From Octopus sinensis (Eukaryota), in NCBI RefSeq assembly GCF_006345805.1, contig NC_043020.1:10230001-10294000 (forward strand): a stretch of 64,000 nt of DNA. The letters run 5' to 3'. The number at the start of each line of letters is the position of its first letter. Position 1 is the stretch's first letter. Below the pieces are notes generated by a model, which saw only the letters and a list, made by a program, of their open reading frames with translations, ran no database searches and was not told the DNA's origin. The position numbers and the translations under genes were made by a program. This document shows, in pieces, positions 62,793 to 64,000 of this stretch.

Positions 62793-63703
62793 AATCCCAG
62801 TTGTACAGCAAATATGAGTGGAGTGTTGAATTTAAAACCTGCTTCTACGTTTCAAAAATTCTTTTGTAGACCAACTATGTTTTCAACGCCGAAGATAACG
62901 ATTTTGTTCCCAAAATACCTTTTCCTTGTCTTCTACTTCCCATGTTTTGTTTTACACTAGTTCGAAAATTTTGTTGGCGATCTTTCGTCTCTAGTAGACC
63001 TTTCCGTCGATTTCCGTAAAAAATTTTTTCTTTTTTTACATATGGGCTTGCGGGAACTTTTGAAGTAATATACATATACACATACACCGAGTAAAAAATT
63101 TCAGTTATCTCTTTCTTTCACACATTACTCTGTCTCTTCACACACACTAACAGAAGAACTTCACTTACACAACATACTGTCTGTCTCCCACACCCCATCA
63201 AACACACACACACACACACGCACACACGTACATCAATGCTTCCCCTGGACGGTAACTTCAAAAGAACTTCCCTCGTCATACAATCGCTTTCTGTTAGTCT
63301 CTTTCGCTCTCATTACTTCAAAAGTTCCCGCAAGCCCATATGTAAAAAAAAAAAAAATTTTTACGGAAATCGACGGAAAGGTCTACTAGAGACGAAAGAT
63401 TGCCATTTTGTTTATTCATTTATGCATAATAACCACGTGGCGATAAATGGAAATTACGATGATTTTGAAAACAAGTTTTAACTCCTCCTCCTCGCTATTC
63501 AACAGCTGACACGCCCCCCGAATCCACAGCATTTTCCAGACTTAATATTCCGGATGTTTTTAAACTTGGCCACGCATTTGCGCCTGCGCAGATGTAGCTG
63601 TTGTGTTTTTGCTTTTTTTTCTTCAACTATCAAATGAAACGAGAGGATGGCATCAATGTGGTCGTTCCACATGATAAAAATATACTTTAAACTCTTAGAT
63701 ATA

Positions 63704-63885
63704 GGCGTAGGAGTGGTTGTGTGGTAAGTAGCTTGCTTACCAACCACATGGTTCCGGGTTCAGTCCCACTGCGTGGCATCTTGAGCAAGTGTCTTCTACT
63801 ATAGCCTCGGACCGACCAATGCCTTGTGAGTGGATTTGGTAGACGGAAACTGAAAGAAGCCCGTCGTATATATGTATATATACAC

Positions 63886-63923
<38 letters not shown>

Positions 63924-64000
63924 TTGTCCCCCCCCCCCCAACATCGCTTGACAACCGATGCTGGTTTGTTTACGTCCCCGTTACTTAGCGGTTCGGCAAA
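63704..64000 (+). mobile_element. SINE family A, cut by window end
   Basis: Family head and central microsatellite. Confidence 0.85.

Overview
AT-rich, microsatellite- and transposon-dense animal genomic DNA. The SINE families and simple-repeat landscape suggest an octopus (inference). Host genes: (1) the last two recognisable coding exons of lipoyltransferase 1 (LIPT1, +, 1403-1540 and 6412-6828); (2) one clear coding exon of an SLC17/sialin-like transporter (-, 44544-44725), plus a candidate upstream exon (52084-52433) that does not join in frame; (3) an initiator tRNA-Met gene (56831-56902). The rest is SINEs (at least 4 families), LINE fragments (CR1, RTE, RLE-type), DNA transposon relics (hAT, Tc1, mariner, piggyBac), MITEs, Helitrons, tandem arrays and a 100-N gap (42976-43075). 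Nearly all long ORFs in the supplied track are low-complexity artefacts. I found no unambiguous new multi-gene system. Best leads: a head-to-tail Helitron pair carrying a captured piggyBac fragment next to a 115-bp array; two unique islands sharing three exact motifs in the same order (32174-34043); minimal hammerhead-ribozyme-like motifs; long hairpins and inverted SINEs in or near LIPT1; and the out-of-frame SLC17 upstream exon. Repeat boundaries were read by eye and are approximate unless a junction is quoted.
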